From: Synechocystis sp. PCC 6803 substr. PCC-P | GTDB lineage: Bacteria; Cyanobacteriota; Cyanobacteriia; Cyanobacteriales; Microcystaceae | Assembly (NCBI RefSeq): GCF_000284455.1 | Contig: NC_017039.1 | Location: forward strand, 2,040,001-2,072,000 | DNA: 32,000 bases | Reading direction: 5' to 3' | Shown: piece by piece, positions 18,928-29,934 of the stretch | Numbering within the stretch: the first letter of the stretch is position 1 | Layout of the letters: each line of letters begins with the position of its first letter | Notes under the pieces: model-generated | Told to the model about the DNA's origin: nothing | Databases searched by the model: none | What the model saw: only the letters and a program-made list of their open reading frames with translations | Position numbers and translations under genes: made by a program

Positions 18928-20448
18928 CTAGCTAATTCCTAACTTAGTCAATAGCGGCAGGCGATCGCCATTAAAATTCTCTGCTACGTTTTTGAGATGT
19001 TCTAAATTTTCAGCTTCTGTTTCTAAGGTTTTTCCTTCCTTAATAATTTTCTTGCCTTGACTGGAAAGTACTTGCCAGACAAATTGAGGGCCGTCTTGTT
19101 TGCGCTCTTTCGCTAATAGCAGTAGCTGTTCCAGACGATTGACAGCAATACCTGTGCCAACTAGGGGAGAGGCTAAAAATGCCATTTCATCGCTATAGAG
19201 AGATTTTGTTTTGACGGCACTGTTAAAAGCATCGGTGGATTTTTGTCTTTGTTTCCGCACCGTTTCATTTACCGCCGGATGGGTATAACCAATGCCAGTC
19301 ATGATGATTAGGGCTTGGTAAAGACTGTTCAAAGTGATGCCTTTGGTTTTGCTGTCTTTTTGTAATTCCCCTAGGGTTAAAGGCCCATTTTCCAAGGCCT
19401 CACAAATGGGACGATAAACTTTTTCCTGGAGTTCCACTTCTCCCAAGGGAAACTGTTGTTTAAGCTTGATTGATTTGATCGGTACCACTAAGGCAAACCG
19501 TAGATTCCCCAACGCTTGTAAATGCTCCTGGGGCAAGAGGGCAAGTTTTCCCCGGACAAAAATATCTCGCCGGAACTGGGTATTTAAAAAGAAATCTCGC
19601 ACTACTTCCCGAAAAGTTGGATCTGTTACTTGAGATAGCTGGGTTTGGGCGGCACTGGACAAGTTAACAGCATCCACATAGTCGATTAAATGGGCTGATC
19701 CCATAAAATTGAGCTTGGCTTCTTCTAATTCTTTGGCCACTTCATCAAAATAAAAAGCATTCCACTCTTCGTTAAAATATTCATGAGCTAGATAGTAACG
19801 ATTTTGTTCTTTCAGCTTTTCTAAACGGGGTTTTAAAATTGGATTTTGAGTGAAATAATTTGCTTTGGACTCCAGCATTTGTTCCGTGAAATCCAATGCC
19901 TTTTCAATACGGCTTAGAATTGGCTCGGAGGAGTTACGTCCATAGCGGAGCATCAAAGCTTGCATCGGTCTTGCCGCTGCCCAACCCGGTAGAGTGTTAT
20001 AGGAGATATAAACCATACCTCCCACTTTGATTTTCTGCCGAATAAAGTTCACGATCGCTTGACGATTTCTGGGGGTAATCCAACTGTAAATACCATGGAG
20101 AACAATGAAATCAAACTGCGGTAAATCTTGATTGATAAATTCTTCAAAACTATCGTCAAAAAAATGGACATTTTTGGTGCCCGCTGTTTCGGCTAGGGTC
20201 CGGGCTTCAACTATGTGACTAGGATTAAAATCGTTGGCGTAAAACTGAGCCTGGGGGTAGCAACTTGCCAATAAATTGGTGGAATATCCTCGGCCGCAAG
20301 CCAGTTCGCAGTAATTAAAATTTTTCTCTAGATTGGGGGATTTTAATGACTTCAGAGTGTTGGCTAGGGCTAGTTTAAGGGGACTTAATTCCCCATAAAA
20401 ACCATAGGTATAGTTAACTTCTAGGACGTAGCCCTCATTCCAAGTCAT
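18928..20448 (-). CDS. SAM-dependent methyltransferase with methyltransferase regulatory domain
   Basis: 506 aa: NFNYCELACGRGYSTNLLASCYPQAQFYANDFNPSHIVEARTLAETAGTKNVHFFDDSFEEFI...FDFIVLHGIYSWITPRNRQAIVNFI, plus central and C-terminal domains of the regulatory-domain type. Confidence 0.85.
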   Translation of the reverse strand: MTWNEGYVLEVNYTYGFYGELSPLKLALANTLKSLKSPNLEKNFNYCELACGRGYSTNLLASCYPQAQFYANDFNPSHIVEARTLAETAGTKNVHFFDDSFEEFINQDLPQFDFIVLHGIYSWITPRNRQAIVNFIRQKIKVGGMVYISYNTLPGWAAARPMQALMLRYGRNSSEPILSRIEKALDFTEQMLESKANYFTQNPILKPRLEKLKEQNRYYLAHEYFNEEWNAFYFDEVAKELEEAKLNFMGSAHLIDYVDAVNLSSAAQTQLSQVTDPTFREVVRDFFLNTQFRRDIFVRGKLALLPQEHLQALGNLRFALVVPIKSIKLKQQFPLGEVELQEKVYRPICEALENGPLTLGELQKDSKTKGITLNSLYQALIIMTGIGYTHPAVNETVRKQRQKSTDAFNSAVKTKSLYSDEMAFLASPLVGTGIAVNRLEQLLLLAKERKQDGPQFVWQVLSSQGKKIIKEGKTLETEAENLEHLKNVAENFNGDRLPLLTKLGIS

Positions 20449-20731
20449 GGCGTCTGATTCTGCGTAGGGGTCAAGATTAGCCCTTAGCTTACAAGAAAGG
20501 GGCTTTGGGGCCTAGTTGAATGGCACAAATTTTCCTTCCCTGACTGTTTTTGCGCCATTGTCTAGCTCAAAGTCAGCCTCCGGCATCCTCTAGAAAGACT
20601 TCCATCCCCTGGTTGAGCAAGGGTAAACCCCACCACTGCATTGGGAAAACCCTCCTTCCTAGCTCCGGATTCCACCCCCTAAAATTGATTTGGTAGTCCT
20701 TACACACCCAATAGCCAATATAGAAAATTTT

Positions 20732-23350
20732 ATGCAACCCACAGATCCTAATAAATTTACGGAGAAAGCTTGGGAGGCGATCGCCAAAACACCGGAGATT
20801 GCTAAACAGCATCGACAACAGCAAATTGAGACGGAACACCTACTCAGTGCCCTACTAGAACAAAATGGTCTGGCCACCAGCATCTTTAATAAGGCTGGGG
20901 CGAGCATTCCCCGAGTTAACGATCAAGTTAATAGCTTTATTGCCCAACAGCCAAAATTAAGTAATCCGAGTGAATCGATTTATTTAGGCCGCAGTCTCGA
21001 TAAATTGTTGGACAATGCGGAAATAGCCAAGTCTAAATATGGAGACGACTATATTTCCATCGAGCACTTGATGGCGGCTTACGGCCAAGATGACCGCCTG
21101 GGCAAAAACTTATATCGAGAAATTGGCCTAACAGAAAATAAGTTGGCAGAAATTATCAAGCAAATTAGAGGAACCCAAAAAGTGACCGATCAAAATCCAG
21201 AGGGCAAATACGAATCCCTTGAAAAATATGGGCGAGATTTAACGGAATTAGCCCGGGAAGGTAAACTAGATCCTGTCATTGGCCGGGATGAAGAAGTGCG
21301 GCGCACCATTCAGATCCTTTCCCGCCGCACAAAAAATAACCCTGTGTTAATTGGGGAACCGGGGGTTGGTAAAACGGCGATCGCCGAAGGTTTAGCCCAA
21401 AGAATTATTAACCATGACGTACCGGAATCATTGCGGGATCGCAAACTAATTTCCCTCGATATGGGGGCGTTAATTGCCGGGGCAAAATACCGGGGGGAAT
21501 TTGAAGAAAGACTTAAAGCGGTACTTAAAGAAGTTACCGACAGCCAGGGGCAAATTATTCTCTTTATTGACGAAATTCATACCGTTGTCGGCGCTGGGGC
21601 CACCCAAGGAGCCATGGATGCGGGCAACTTATTGAAACCCATGTTAGCCCGGGGTGCTTTGCGTTGTATCGGGGCCACCACTTTAGATGAATATCGCAAA
21701 TATATCGAAAAAGATGCGGCTTTGGAACGACGTTTCCAGGAAGTTTTAGTGGATGAACCCAATGTATTAGATACCATTTCCATTCTCCGGGGATTAAAAG
21801 AACGCTATGAAGTACACCACGGCGTAAAAATTGCCGATAGTGCCCTGGTAGCGGCGGCCATGTTGTCCAATCGTTACATCAGTGATCGTTTTCTGCCGGA
21901 TAAAGCTATTGATTTAGTAGACGAAGCAGCGGCCAAATTAAAAATGGAAATCACCTCCAAACCAGAGGAATTAGATGAAGTTGACCGGAAAATTCTCCAA
22001 CTAGAAATGGAGCGTTTATCTTTACAACGGGAAAATGATTCTGCTTCCAAGGAGCGGCTAGAAAAATTGGAGAAAGAGTTGGCTGATTTTAAAGAAGAAC
22101 AGTCTAAACTTAATGGCCAATGGCAGTCGGAAAAAACGGTTATTGATCAAATTCGTACTGTTAAGGAAACCATCGACCAGGTGAACCTAGAAATTCAACA
22201 GGCCCAACGGGATTACGACTACAATAAAGCAGCGGAGTTACAGTATGGCAAATTAACTGATTTACAGCGGCAAGTGGAAGCTTTGGAAACCCAATTGGCG
22301 GAGCAACAAACCTCTGGCAAATCCCTCTTACGGGAAGAAGTTTTAGAGTCTGACATTGCTGAAATTATCTCGAAATGGACCGGCATTCCCATCAGTAAAT
22401 TGGTGGAATCGGAAAAAGAAAAACTGCTCCACTTGGAAGATGAACTACACAGCCGAGTGATTGGTCAGGATGAAGCGGTAACCGCCGTAGCCGAAGCCAT
22501 TCAACGCTCCCGAGCTGGTCTTTCCGATCCTAATCGTCCCACCGCTAGCTTTATTTTTCTGGGCCCCACAGGGGTCGGGAAAACTGAGTTAGCGAAGGCT
22601 TTGGCGAAAAATTTATTCGACACGGAAGAAGCCCTGGTGCGGATTGATATGTCTGAATATATGGAAAAACACGCTGTTTCCCGTTTAATGGGGGCCCCTC
22701 CGGGCTATGTGGGCTATGAAGAAGGGGGACAATTGACGGAAGCAATTCGCCGCCGGCCCTATTCGGTCATTCTTTTTGACGAGATTGAAAAAGCCCATGG
22801 GGATGTGTTTAACGTCATGCTCCAAATCCTGGATGATGGCCGTTTAACCGATGCCCAAGGCCATGTGGTGGACTTCAAAAATACGATTATCATTATGACC
22901 AGTAACCTGGGCTCCCAATACATTTTGGATGTGGCGGGGGATGATAGTCGTTATGAAGAAATGCGGAGCCGAGTTATGGATGTAATGCGGGAAAACTTCC
23001 GCCCAGAATTTCTCAATCGGGTGGATGAAACGATTATTTTCCATGGCTTACAAAAATCCGAGTTACGATCCATTGTCCAAATTCAAATTCAGTCTTTGGC
23101 TACCCGTTTGGAGGAACAAAAATTAACTTTGAAGTTAACGGATAAAGCCCTAGATTTTCTGGCTGCCGTGGGCTATGACCCCGTTTATGGGGCCCGACCT
23201 TTAAAACGAGCCGTCCAAAAATACCTAGAAACGGCGATCGCCAAGGGAATTTTACGGGGGGATTACAAACCTGGTGAGACCATTGTGGTGGATGAAACCG
23301 ACGAACGCCTCAGTTTTACCAGTTTAAGGGGGGATTTAGTCATCGTTTAG
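20732..23350 (+). CDS. clpB: ATP-dependent disaggregase ClpB; start reassigned from 20690
   Basis: [41 protein letters not shown]1 [19 protein letters not shown]-domain, NBD2 [25 protein letters not shown]-type sensor region ([14 protein letters not shown]). Confidence 0.97.
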   Translation: MQPTDPNKFTEKAWEAIAKTPEIAKQHRQQQIETEHLLSALLEQNGLATSIFNKAGASIPRVNDQVNSFIAQQPKLSNPSESIYLGRSLDKLLDNAEIAKSKYGDDYISIEHLMAAYGQDDRLGKNLYREIGLTENKLAEIIKQIRGTQKVTDQNPEGKYESLEKYGRDLTELAREGKLDPVIGRDEEVRRTIQILSRRTKNNPVLIGEPGVGKTAIAEGLAQRIINHDVPESLRDRKLISLDMGALIAGAKYRGEFEERLKAVLKEVTDSQGQIILFIDEIHTVVGAGATQGAMDAGNLLKPMLARGALRCIGATTLDEYRKYIEKDAALERRFQEVLVDEPNVLDTISILRGLKERYEVHHGVKIADSALVAAAMLSNRYISDRFLPDKAIDLVDEAAAKLKMEITSKPEELDEVDRKILQLEMERLSLQRENDSASKERLEKLEKELADFKEEQSKLNGQWQSEKTVIDQIRTVKETIDQVNLEIQQAQRDYDYNKAAELQYGKLTDLQRQVEALETQLAEQQTSGKSLLREEVLESDIAEIISKWTGIPISKLVESEKEKLLHLEDELHSRVIGQDEAVTAVAEAIQRSRAGLSDPNRPTASFIFLGPTGVGKTELAKALAKNLFDTEEALVRIDMSEYMEKHAVSRLMGAPPGYVGYEEGGQLTEAIRRRPYSVILFDEIEKAHGDVFNVMLQILDDGRLTDAQGHVVDFKNTIIIMTSNLGSQYILDVAGDDSRYEEMRSRVMDVMRENFRPEFLNRVDETIIFHGLQKSELRSIVQIQIQSLATRLEEQKLTLKLTDKALDFLAAVGYDPVYGARPLKRAVQKYLETAIAKGILRGDYKPGETIVVDETDERLSFTSLRGDLVIV

Positions 23351-23686
23351 GGACTTCTGTTCCGTCAACTCTGACGGATTAATAACTCCATCAATGCTAA
23401 CCCTAGGGGATTCCAACTCCGCCGTCATGGTTGCCCCTGGGGTTTGGTGATGGGGTAATAACTCCTGACCCCGGTTAATCAAAGCCGCCATGCCCTTGTC
23501 ATAATTGCTGGCGATCGCCAAAAAAGCACCGGCCATAACGTAAATAGGCAGGGGCAAAATTACCCCCCATAGCCATTGGAAAAGTTGCACTCCGGCAAAT
23601 AAAACCACCACCACCACCAGTAAAAATGGCATCATTATCCTCCCCAGAAATAAGCTCAACCCGGATGTTGTGAAGATATCAAACAA
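23336..23686 (-). CDS. Small membrane protein, uncharacterised
   Basis: 116 aa: [58 protein letters not shown]. Convergent with clpB, overlapping by 15 bp. Confidence 0.65.
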   Translation of the reverse strand: MFDIFTTSGLSLFLGRIMMPFLLVVVVVLFAGVQLFQWLWGVILPLPIYVMAGAFLAIASNYDKGMAALINRGQELLPHHQTPGATMTAELESPRVSIDGVINPSELTEQKSLNDD

Positions 23687-23827
23687 CGACTCCGCCTTAG
23701 ATATTAGAAGATTTCTCCCTTAAATCAAACCCCAACAAAAATCGTGGCGGAACCACAGCCATGGCCACCACGAAATAGTAAATTAGGTTATGCAGACCAG
23801 CAGGTCAGGTAATTATTGGTACCGCAG

Positions 23828-24826
23828 TTACACAGAGGCCGGGACCTTAGCTTCCGCCGTTAACTGTTCGTAAACTTCCCGCATTTTCAGACCCACTAAC
23901 ACCTGGAACAGGCCAGTACCATTGTCAGTGCCTGGGTAATCCTTATGCTTGAGCAACAACTCGGTCATTTCACCGTAGTACTTAGTACCAGTCTTGCTGA
24001 GGTGGTTTTCCACATAAACCATTTCCTCTAGGTTTTCAAACCTGCCGTCCACTTCCAGCAAAGATACTTCGTTGCCCATAAAATTATCGGGGCCGTAGTA
24101 CATCTTGATGCCAGGATAGGTACAGGTCAGCTTCCGACCACAGGGACGCCAATCAATGGTGGAACCTTCGTCAAACAGGTAGGCTGGCTCGAAGAATTTA
24201 ACCCCTTCTTTTTGCACAAGACGAACCCGCAGGAGTTTACTTTCCTTGTCCTCAATCAAGCGGGTGGGCAACACCTGGATCACCACGTCCGCATATTGCT
24301 TTTGGGGCTCGATATAGGCAGTGAAGTCAGGCTTACGGGCGTTGATGGAAGCCAAAATATCTTCATAGGTGTGGCCCCGTTCGGCCATGTCCCGTTGAAT
24401 TTTCCAGTTAATTTTCACTTCTTCGCTGATGTCCAGGTAGACCCCGAAATCCACCAGTTCCCGCACCCGTTCATCGTAGAGGGGATGCAAACCCTCAATA
24501 ACCACCACTTTGTTGGGTTCAACTTTTTCCGGCGGATCCAGCAGCCCCGTTTCGTGGTTGTAAATGGGTTTCATAATGGATTGACCACTTTTGAGCGTTT
24601 TAATCTGCTCATACATGAGGTCAAAATTGTTGGCTCTGGGATCCAGGGCGGTGACCCCAGCGGCTTTTCTACCCTGGCGATCCAAACTATGGTAATCGTC
24701 CAAACAAATTACCGTCATGAACTCTTCGCCGAATAAATCCGTTAAACGACGTAAGAAAGTAGACTTACCGCAACCGGAATCCCCGGCAACACCAATAAGA
24801 ACCACGCGGTCTAGCTGTGTGGTCAT
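23828..24826 (-). CDS. prk: Phosphoribulokinase (Calvin-Benson-Bassham cycle)
   Basis: MTTQLDRVVLIGVAGDSGCGKSTFLRRLTDLFGEEFMTVICLDDYHSLDRQGR. P-loop and redox-type cysteines. The track start at 24838 adds 4 aa, but MTTQ is the more family-like start. Confidence 0.98.
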   Translation of the reverse strand: MTTQLDRVVLIGVAGDSGCGKSTFLRRLTDLFGEEFMTVICLDDYHSLDRQGRKAAGVTALDPRANNFDLMYEQIKTLKSGQSIMKPIYNHETGLLDPPEKVEPNKVVVIEGLHPLYDERVRELVDFGVYLDISEEVKINWKIQRDMAERGHTYEDILASINARKPDFTAYIEPQKQYADVVIQVLPTRLIEDKESKLLRVRLVQKEGVKFFEPAYLFDEGSTIDWRPCGRKLTCTYPGIKMYYGPDNFMGNEVSLLEVDGRFENLEEMVYVENHLSKTGTKYYGEMTELLLKHKDYPGTDNGTGLFQVLVGLKMREVYEQLTAEAKVPASV

Positions 24827-25039
24827 AACATCCCTCAAAAATGCAAAACTGATTGTTAACCCGGTTTCCTAGAAAATTTCTCCTCACCCCAGATGGCGTG
24901 TTGGAGAGACAAACCAGAGCCTATGGGCTTGTTAACCCCCTGTCAAGGGCCGAAGGAAAACTAATCCTGAGATCTAGTCATCCTGGTCAACCCCAGATAA
25001 CGCTCTTCGGTTCTAGCCAGAGATATAGCCTGACCCTCT

Positions 25040-25074
25040 GAATACTGAGTATGAATTCTATCAGAATTGTATTC
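25040..25074. promoter_or_regulatory. Nested inverted repeat in the prk-petH divergent region
   Basis: GAATAC-tgagtatg-AATTCT-atc-AGAATT-GTATTC: perfect inner arms (25054-25059/25063-25068) and outer arms (25040-25045/25069-25074) with an 8 nt bulge on one side. Confidence 0.4.
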
Positions 25075-25174
25075 CCTTCTACAAGATTGACCGATTCAAG
25101 GGGGGGCGCGCCCTATGACTAGACTTAACTTAGACTAGTGGAGGTTCATTCCAGGGTTAATCGTCCGGTAAAGT

Positions 25175-25216
25175 GATACATGGGTTACATTTTATCAAGG
25201 TTAACTTTGTTAGGGT
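25175..25216 (+). promoter_or_regulatory. Candidate NtcA-activated promoter of petH
   Basis: Near-consensus GATacatgggtTAC (25175-25188; consensus GTAN8TAC), then 22 bp, then TAGGGT (TAN3T, 25211-25216), predicting a TSS about 125 nt upstream of the ATG. Confidence 0.4.
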
Positions 25217-25345
25217 GGTAGGACTAAATATCCGCTTCTGACCCCACTGCTCCTCCCGGCCACGGCGATCGCCTGACGATGGTAGGCTTGATAATACTGC
25301 GATAAATTTCTGTCAGTATTATTTGATTGAGTAGGGAGCAATTAA

Positions 25346-26590
<1,245 letters not shown>

Positions 26591-26632
26591 GGACTTTTGC
26601 CTGGGCATTAAGTAGATTAATTTGTTTGGTCT

Positions 26633-26665
26633 GAAGGGGAGTTTGCTGTTGGCGGGCTCCTTTTC
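26633..26665 (+). terminator. Candidate terminator hairpin after petH
   Basis: GAAGGGGAG ... CTCCTTTTC, 9 bp stem with two G-T pairs and a 15 nt loop, with Ts in the 3' arm. Confidence 0.4.
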
Positions 26666-26681
26666 AGTTTTGGGCCAACAA

Positions 26682-27539
26682 TTAACAGAGTGCTAGGGTT
26701 GAATCTAGGCAGAACCTAGCCAAGGCTTGGGACACTCCATCGGCTTCCACGTCCGCCGTTACCCAGTCTGCCACCTTTTGCACTTCCGGGGGAGCATTAC
26801 CCATGGCTACCCCCACTCCGGCATATTTCAGCATTTCCACGTCGTTAAAATTGTCTCCGATCGCCAAAACTTCTTGGGGATCAAGCCCTAACACGTCTTC
26901 AGCTAAATGTTGCAGGGCCAGGCCTTTGGTGGCTTCGGCGTGGGTGACTTCAAAGTAAATCTCGGTGGATTGGGTCAGATGCACGGCTTGGCCCTGGAGT
27001 TTTTGACCCATTTCCGCCATCAACTGGGCCATGAGGGGAGCATTGCGACTGATGGCTAACATTTTGGTGGTGCTACCCAATTCAATAATTGAGCGTAGAT
27101 CGCCGCTAGCTTGGGCCATGGCACCGGACCTTTCCATATAAACATGGGTTTCTGGGGTGATATGCCGCACATGGAGCTGGTCGTTGTAATAGCAGTGGAT
27201 ATCAAGATGGGGTTCCAGTTCCGGTCGCTCAAAATGGTCCAAAATTTCCAAGGCGATCGCCGGGGGCAGGGGTTTTTCCCTTAAAACAGCACCAGTGTGG
27301 GGATGCTTGGTTAGGGCACCGTTGTAACTAATCAAAGGCAGGGTTGATTGAATGGTCTGATGGAACCGTAGAGCAGAACTAAACATACGGCCAGTGGCCA
27401 ACGCCACTTGGATACCCCGGCTCTGTACCTGGTGAATGGTTTTCACCACTGACGGGTTAATTTGATTGGATACTCCGGCGATGGTGCCATCAATGTCCAA
27501 TACTACTAACTTGATTGACACTGTTAAACTCCCTGGCAA
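26682..27539 (-). CDS. HAD-superfamily (Cof-type) hydrolase
   Basis: 285 aa: LVVLDIDGTIAGVSNQINPSVVKTIHQVQSRGIQVALATGRMF...VLAIGDNFNDVEMLKYAGVGVAMGNAPPEVQKVADWVT. Confidence 0.93.
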   Translation of the reverse strand: MPGSLTVSIKLVVLDIDGTIAGVSNQINPSVVKTIHQVQSRGIQVALATGRMFSSALRFHQTIQSTLPLISYNGALTKHPHTGAVLREKPLPPAIALEILDHFERPELEPHLDIHCYYNDQLHVRHITPETHVYMERSGAMAQASGDLRSIIELGSTTKMLAISRNAPLMAQLMAEMGQKLQGQAVHLTQSTEIYFEVTHAEATKGLALQHLAEDVLGLDPQEVLAIGDNFNDVEMLKYAGVGVAMGNAPPEVQKVADWVTADVEADGVSQALARFCLDSTLALC

Positions 27540-27845
27540 CGGATTAGTTGGGCAAAAATTCTGTTAGAAAGCTGAAATCTAAAGCTTAAATTTACAATGA
27601 TTTATATTTCCCCCTCCATTTAACCATTCTGAGAACAGCGCTTAACATGGACTTCTAGGGTCGGGCGGCTATGCTGGAAAAGCAAAAATTGCTAGTCTGG
27701 ATGGTAAAAATTATCTTTGAGTCTTCCATGACTGAACTGGTGGAGTGATCTGTCAGGGTTATTAACTGAGATTTAAATTATTTAGACTTAAATTTTTCAA
27801 TCATTGCTTTAAGCTAGGGTAAATCTTGCCGGAGGAGGCATTGGG

Positions 27846-28718
27846 GTGGCAACTTCTAGGACACAACGGGATGTTTGGGTTTATGTCGGCATTGGGGCCA
27901 TGGTCAGTGCCTTGGTGTTATTTTCCTTGGTGCCTCTGGTGATGGGTTTGTGGCAACCCCGTCCCGCTGCGGATGGAGTCGTCAATGGGGGCACACCTCT
28001 AGAAAGTCAGGCGTTGGGCTATCAGTTAGTGCTGGAAAGGGAGCCGGATAATGTCAATGCTCTCCAAGGTTTGCTAGAAATTCGCCTGCAACAAAAAAAT
28101 CTGGCAGCGGCGATCGCCCCTCTCGAGCGGTTGGGACAGATTAGAACGGATCAGGTGCAGTACCGTATTCTGTTGGCCCAGCTTAAGACCCAACTGGAGG
28201 ACAATGCGGGGGCGGCAAAGGTTTACCGAGAAATCCTGACTCAATCCCCCCATAACATCCAAGCTTTGAAAGGTCTAAGTGGACTTTATGCCCAACAGGA
28301 ACGCCCCGCTGAAGCGGTGGCCATTGTGCAAAATGCCATCACCCAGGCGATCAAAGCCCAAACCGGAGCCCCTGGCACTGTTCCCCCCGACCAACTCACT
28401 TCCTTACAACTTCTGCTGGGGGAAATTTACCTCAGTCAAAATCGCCCCGACCAGGCGATCGCCATTTATGAAGCCGCTAGCAAAGTCAACGGCAATGATT
28501 TTCGTCCCGTCCTAGCCCAGGCCCAGGTCATGGCCCAAACTGGCAAAGTTAAGGAGGCCGACCCTTTTTTCCAGCAGGCAATTATGCTGGCTCCAGTGCA
28601 GTATAAGGACCCGATAAAAAACATTGCCCTCCAGGTGACCAACCAGGCTTTGGCCAATCAGAATGGAGCCCCCGAAACCAGTATCCCTTCCCCCGCCCCC
28701 ATCCTCAAGTCAGAATAA
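27846..28718 (+). CDS. TPR-repeat membrane-anchored protein, Pitt-like (POR-interacting TPR protein)
   Basis: GTG start, N-terminal TM (VWVYVGIGAMVSALVLFSLVPLVMGLW), then tandem TPR-like repeats. Position directly upstream of psb27 matches the recalled Pitt locus. Confidence 0.75.
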   Translation: MATSRTQRDVWVYVGIGAMVSALVLFSLVPLVMGLWQPRPAADGVVNGGTPLESQALGYQLVLEREPDNVNALQGLLEIRLQQKNLAAAIAPLERLGQIRTDQVQYRILLAQLKTQLEDNAGAAKVYREILTQSPHNIQALKGLSGLYAQQERPAEAVAIVQNAITQAIKAQTGAPGTVPPDQLTSLQLLLGEIYLSQNRPDQAIAIYEAASKVNGNDFRPVLAQAQVMAQTGKVKEADPFFQQAIMLAPVQYKDPIKNIALQVTNQALANQNGAPETSIPSPAPILKSE

Positions 28719-28804
28719 AAGGAAGTCTTAGGGGGCCCTGGCCAACTGGTAGGATAGAAAAATTAACAAAATTTAGTAACAATCCAGGGAGGGAACCCTC
28801 AGTG

Positions 28805-29209
28805 ATGTCCTTTTTGAAAAATCAGTTGTCACGGCTGTTGGCCTTAATTTTGGTGGTGGCGATCGGTCTGACGGCCTGCGACAGCGGCACAGGACTCACC
28901 GGCAACTATAGCCAAGATACCCTGACGGTCATTGCCACCCTGCGGGAGGCCATCGATCTACCCCAGGATGCCCCCAATCGCCAAGAGGTGCAGGACACCG
29001 CCCGGGGCCAGATTAATGACTATATTTCCCGTTACCGTCGCAAAGGTGATGCCGGTGGGCTGAAATCCTTTACCACCATGCAAACGGCCCTCAACTCCCT
29101 GGCTGGATACTACACTTCCTACGGTGCCCGTCCCATTCCCGAAAAGCTGAAAAAACGCTTACAACTGGAATTTACCCAGGCAGAAAGATCCATTGAACGG
29201 GGCGTGTGA
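28805..29209 (+). CDS. psb27: Photosystem II assembly/repair lipoprotein Psb27
   Basis: [50 protein letters not shown]. Lipobox LTAC and Psb27 family sequence. GTG at 28802 is an alternative start. Confidence 0.95.
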
Positions 29210-29901
29210 ACCATCCCGATTTCCCCCCCATCGGGGACCCCCAGTTAAAACTCGAAGCCCTCACCCATCGTTCCTATTGCAACGAACATCCTGGTACTCC
29301 TTCCTATGACCGGCTGGAATTTCTTGGGGATGCGGTGTTGGGTTTTGTGGTGGGGCGCATTCTTTTTGAACGTTATCCCCATTTTACTGAGGCAGAGTTA
29401 ACCCGTCTGCGGTCCCAGTTGGTTAATCAAAATCAGTTGGCCTATCTAGCGAGGTTTTTACACATTGCGCCGGAAATTCGCCTGAGCCAAAGTTTGGCCA
29501 GGGACGATGGACAATCCAGCCCTTCCATCCTGGCCGATGTTTTTGAATCATTGTTGGGGGCGGCTCTCCTGGATAGGGGTTTGACGGCGGTGGAAGATTT
29601 CATTCAAGAACTATTCGTTCCCATCCTAGAGCAGTGGGAAAAAAGCCAGGATGGGCGATCGCCAAAACTAGTGCCGACCATGGATGTAAAAAGCATGCTC
29701 CAGCAGTGGGCCTTGGCCAAAACTAAACAATTGCCAGAATATGAACTAATCAACACCAGTGGGCCACCCCATGCCCAGGAATTTACCTTTACCGTCAAAG
29801 TAGCGGGAAAAATCCATGGCCAAGGCTCTGGCCCCAGTAAGCAAATTGCCACCAAACAGGCAGCCCTAGAGGCATTGAAAAGTTTGGGGCTATTGCAATA
29901 A
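29206..29901 (+). CDS. rnc: Ribonuclease III
   Basis: [39 protein letters not shown] plus C-terminal dsRBD. GTG start overlaps the psb27 stop (GTGA). Confidence 0.95.
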
Positions 29902-29934
29902 GCAAAGCAGAATCCACACTGGTGGGGAGAAACG

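Noticed and set aside
20573-20907. 88- and 82-aa minus-strand ORFs near the clpB start
   Set aside because: They overlap the clpB 5' coding region and its promoter, and have no recognisable features.
21577-23044. Antisense or alternate-frame ORFs inside clpB (68, 64, 66 aa)
   Set aside because: They lie wholly within a strongly conserved clpB reading frame and lack domain features.
24212-24736. 174-aa plus-strand ORF opposite prk
   Set aside because: It is the exact complement of the conserved prk gene. Its His/Gln-rich composition is typical of an antisense shadow frame.
24869-24895. CTCCTCACCCC resembling the single-stranded motif of the Yfr1 sRNA
   Set aside because: It differs from the remembered Yfr1 core (ACUCCUCAC...) at the edges, and I could not identify flanking hairpins in the expected arrangement. 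Too weak to call an ncRNA.
25168-25179. GTAAAGTGATAC as an NtcA site
   Set aside because: The half-sites are separated by 6 bp instead of 8. The overlapping 25175-25188 candidate has the correct spacing and a properly placed -10.
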